From NCBI RefSeq assembly GCF_964355755.1, contig NC_092676.1:3945888-4009887 (forward strand): DNA of 64,000 bases, given 5' to 3'. Shown in pieces: positions 62,301 to 64,000 of this stretch. Source of the stretch: Antedon mediterranea (taxonomy: Eukaryota > Animalia > Echinodermata). The stretch's first letter is position 1; every line of letters starts with the position of its first letter. A program made the translations under genes and the position numbers. The notes below the pieces were generated by a model, which worked only from the letters and a program-made list of their open reading frames with translations, searched no databases and was not told the DNA's origin.

Positions 62301-64000
62301 CGGTGATAAAAAACCATGTGCTTGCTAATAACGTGACGTCATATCGCCCAAAGTTTCCTCCTCTGTTTTTGGACACACTTAACTCGCGCGGCAGCTACAG
62401 TCAGTAAATGTTTTAGCTCTAGATAGACGGCGACCGGTTTCTATATTGTTTGGTCCATACCATCGTCCATAAAGGCTATACATGCTGATACTATCGATAC
62501 GACAGTCGGGGTTTTATCCGTGTTTACAATTTCGCCATTTTTTTTTTCGGTCAAGTGTACGGGGTAAAAAATAAAAAAGGAATTAACGTCAAGCATGCTA
62601 AACAAAAAATTAGTATATTATAGGAATGTTCTATAAGTTGAAAATGTTCAACAAAAATTGTGGAATTGTAGATGCTGATAATTTAATGTTGGGTAAGGTA
62701 GTTTTAACAGCATTTTTTTATTGCCGTCGAAATGACGGTTTACCACAACATCATTTGCAGTTTCAAGGCCCTTTCTACAGCAATTGCCGTCGATCTTCAT
62801 ATTATTATTAGATATTATTGTATTGAACTCTGTAATGTGTGGTGTGATATTGTCAGTACAGTACAAGGGTCCGTTAAATGAGCGTTTAACGAATATAAAA
62901 ACGATCTGTTAGGTCGGCGGTTAACGGACGAAAACAACGGACGTTGTTCTTCCGTTGTACGCGTTAAATTCAATTTCATTGTACAGTATTAACCATGATA
63001 CGCTCTGCTGAGTACAGACCGCCCAACTCATTAACGTTTTGCATATTATTAACGCATTTAAACGTCTATTAACGGAGTAAAAACATTTGGGCACGCTCCC
63101 TAAGTATCCCAATATTTTATTGTTCCAAGTTGGAACCTGTGTAGACCTTATTAGAATAGTTGCCCTTGTTTTACTAAAGCTCTGTCCACACTATCAAACT
63201 TTATATGGCAGGAAAATGTGATGTGCCCATATATGGACATGATGATGTAATATCACTACCAGATTTGGGCATGTCACTACCATATTTGGGCACGTCACAC
63301 TTTTTTTGTCAAACTAGTTTGATAGTGTAGAGCTTAAAGTTCCATCGCAATGAATCCGTCTTGTTTTCTCGTAGGCCAGCCACTATTGCTACAGCAGTGA
63401 GTGCATTCACATCAAATCTAGCAAACATTGATCCTGAAGAAAAGAAGCAAGCTTTAGAAGAAGAACAATTAAGGCTTGCATCCATGAAGATGGTAAGAAC
63501 ATCACAAATGAGATGCGGTCATAAGCCCCATCCTGGACTTAAAATTCTAAGTTATGGTCATGGGTGTTAATTTACCAAAAAAACAACTTGTGTATAAGTT
63601 ATTTTTTAAAAATGTTTTTTCAGGGGACAATCTTTAAATCTTTAGCACCTTGAGCACTTTTAGAGGATATGTGCGCTATATAAATTATTATTATTTATTA
63701 TTAACATAATAAATGTTTGTATTCGTGAAATGGAGAGTATAATGAGAGTTAAATGACGGAATGGTCTATATGAACAAAAAATGAAAACAAAAATCATATA
63801 ATTATTATTATGATATATTTTAATTAACATAATATTAACTATTATCCACAGCAAACCCATACATCTCCTCCAGTATCTGAGTTGAGTGCAGCACCAACAA
63901 GTAACAATCCGTTTACAAACACAGCGCCACCACAGGCTGTGACCTCTCCGTTTACAAACACATCAGCACCGCAGGCTGTGACCTCTCCGTTTACAAATAC
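29399..64000 (+). CDS. PICALM: Phosphatidylinositol-binding clathrin assembly protein (PICALM/AP180/LAP family, ANTH domain), 3'-partial
   Basis: Exons 29399-29528, 40378-40520, 42909-42984, 46023-46125, 47063-47102, 48408-48464, 51810-51921, 52111-52217, 52807-52848, 59040-59116, 63375-63492, 63852->64000. Motifs [26 protein letters not shown] (PIP2-binding), [64 protein letters not shown]. Confidence 0.95.
31860..32650 (+). repeat. Dispersed repeat interior shared with 38130-38890
   Basis: Collinear diverged sequence (AGAAGCATGGACAATGCAAAC...GAATTGTTTACGAT) at both sites in PICALM intron 1. Confidence 0.8.
32692..32934. mobile_element. Near-perfect hairpin MITE
   Basis: About 85-bp arms AAGATCGTTGTATTTGGGGTTAATC...TTTTAGGCGCTC and its reverse complement. 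Confidence 0.8.
34690..34982 (+). mobile_element. tRNA-derived SINE family 2
   Basis: TGGCGCAG A-box, GGTTCGAATCC B-box, central CTCTCCAYCCAGGTGTRTAAATGGG, (TTA)n tail; copies at 46305-46606 (-) and 54045-54335 (+). Confidence 0.82.
35095..35312 (+). repeat. Diverged ~40-bp tandem repeat (GTTGCTAGCCTAAAGTTATCCAGACAACAACAAAT)
   Basis: About 5 imperfect copies. Confidence 0.7.
36168..36406. repeat. Inverted repeat of a dispersed element (single arms also at 39978-40075, 49668-49735, 49869-49940)
   Basis: About 80-bp arms GTGCCTAGCTTAC...GATACGAAAGTGAAAA and reverse complement. Confidence 0.75.
37912..39290. mobile_element. Non-autonomous DNA element with imperfect TIRs and 21-bp subterminal tandem repeats
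   Basis: GCTTCGTA...CGTAGG at left, CCTACG...TACGAAGC at right; CCTACGATGTATTGTTCGTAG repeats at 37975-38140. Confidence 0.6.
40897..42469 (+). repeat. 40-bp minisatellite (AGTGAACATACAGTTAGCATTATGCTTGACTTAGTTATAA), about 39 copies
   Basis: Exact 40-bp period, only point variants, no spacers. Confidence 0.97.
44615..45111. mobile_element. Tc1/mariner-pogo (Tc2-like) MITE with CCGTA termini; shorter inverted relative at 43048-43310
   Basis: TA|CCGTATATCCT..GGTATAATCCC ... GGGATTATATCATAGGATATACGG|TA. Confidence 0.78.
45390..45569. mobile_element. MITE family A copy carrying three 5-bp TA-site insertions
   Basis: TIRs with TTA flanks; TACAGTA at 45451 and TACAGTACTGTA at 45505 relative to other copies. 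Confidence 0.85.
46188..46686. mobile_element. Tc1/mariner-pogo-like MITE with CAGT termini
   Basis: CAGTCAACTCT...AGAGTTGACTG|TA; left flank TG (mutated TA). Confidence 0.65.
46305..46606 (-). mobile_element. tRNA-derived SINE family 2 copy, nested in a CAGT-ended MITE
   Basis: Reverse complement of 54045-54335. Confidence 0.8.
49969..51181. mobile_element. hAT-like non-autonomous element with apparent 6-bp TSD
   Basis: TIR CAGGGCATCA/TGATGCCCTG; ATTTTC at 49963-49968 and 51182-51187; subterminal GAGGAGAGC motifs at both ends. Confidence 0.72.
53455..53688 (-). mobile_element. tRNA-derived SINE family 1 copy
   Basis: Collinear with 19040-19278. Confidence 0.8.
54045..54335 (+). mobile_element. 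tRNA-derived SINE family 2 copy
   Basis: A/B boxes, conserved body, TATTATTAT tail. Confidence 0.82.
54421..54650. mobile_element. Harbinger-like MITE (GGGACCATGTCAAA termini); fragments at 33163, 34250, 40100, 43450, 43640
   Basis: GGGACCATGTCAAA...TTTGACATGATCCC with internal CTGCAGTA motifs. Confidence 0.6.
54998..55027 (+). CDS. Candidate 30-nt alternative cassette exon of PICALM ([10 protein letters not shown])
   Basis: tttcattccAG acceptor, GTGAGT donor, phase 0-0, no stop, lies between two phase-0 junctions. Confidence 0.5.
55965..56600. repeat. (ATC)n-derived low-complexity microsatellite
   Basis: ATCATCATATTC/ATTG degenerate triplet repeats. Confidence 0.92.
56843..56890 (+). CDS. 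Candidate 48-nt alternative cassette exon of PICALM ([16 protein letters not shown])
   Basis: ccttttccaatAG acceptor, CAG|GTAGAG donor, phase 0-0, no stop, GC-richer than flanks. Confidence 0.5.
59362..59509. mobile_element. MITE family A copy
   Basis: Perfect TIRs, TTA duplication on both sides. Confidence 0.88.
60700..61785 (+). repeat. About 75-bp tandem array inside the Harbinger-like element
   Basis: Unit CAATACTATCGTCCGTTAGCTCGGCGTTTAACGGACACAAAAACTCAGTA..GTGGAATGATGCTA, about 13-14 copies. Confidence 0.9.
61944..62378 (+). repeat. Direct duplication of about 200 bp (61944-62142 and 62180-62378)
   Basis: ATACAATAATTGTTAATGTACAC...TTTTGGACACACT present twice. Confidence 0.85.

Larger units (their letters stand above)
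59939..63100. mobile_element. 3.2-kb non-autonomous PIF/Harbinger-like element
   Basis: 32-bp perfect TIR GGGAGCGTGCCCAAATGTTTTTACTCCGTTAA; TAA at 59936-59938 and 63101-63103; no transposase ORF. Confidence 0.88.

Overview
AT-rich, intron-containing eukaryotic DNA, most likely a marine invertebrate deuterostome (inference from gene content and SINE types). Five protein-coding loci, all on the + strand, were assembled by hand from GT-AG exons: (1) the last exon of an amidase paralog with a premature TGA; (2) a complete 15-exon plant-FAAH-like amidase (610 aa); (3) ZC4H2; (4) a short, divergent WAVE/SCAR-family gene (321 aa) with no proline-rich region; (5) PICALM/AP180, running off the 3' end. 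Introns and intergenic DNA are dense with non-autonomous DNA transposons (Harbinger-, Kolobok-, Tc1/pogo-, P- and hAT-like), tRNA-derived SINEs and minisatellites. The main unusual features are a 7.1-kb foldback element with a 9-bp target duplication and 147-bp higher-order repeats; recurrent 5-bp TACAGTA/TACTGTA insertions and 30-39-bp hairpin stubs that look like transposon excision scars; and two frame-preserving candidate cassette exons at the end of the PICALM ANTH domain. Transposon superfamily calls rest on TIR/TSD patterns only, and no transposase ORF was seen.
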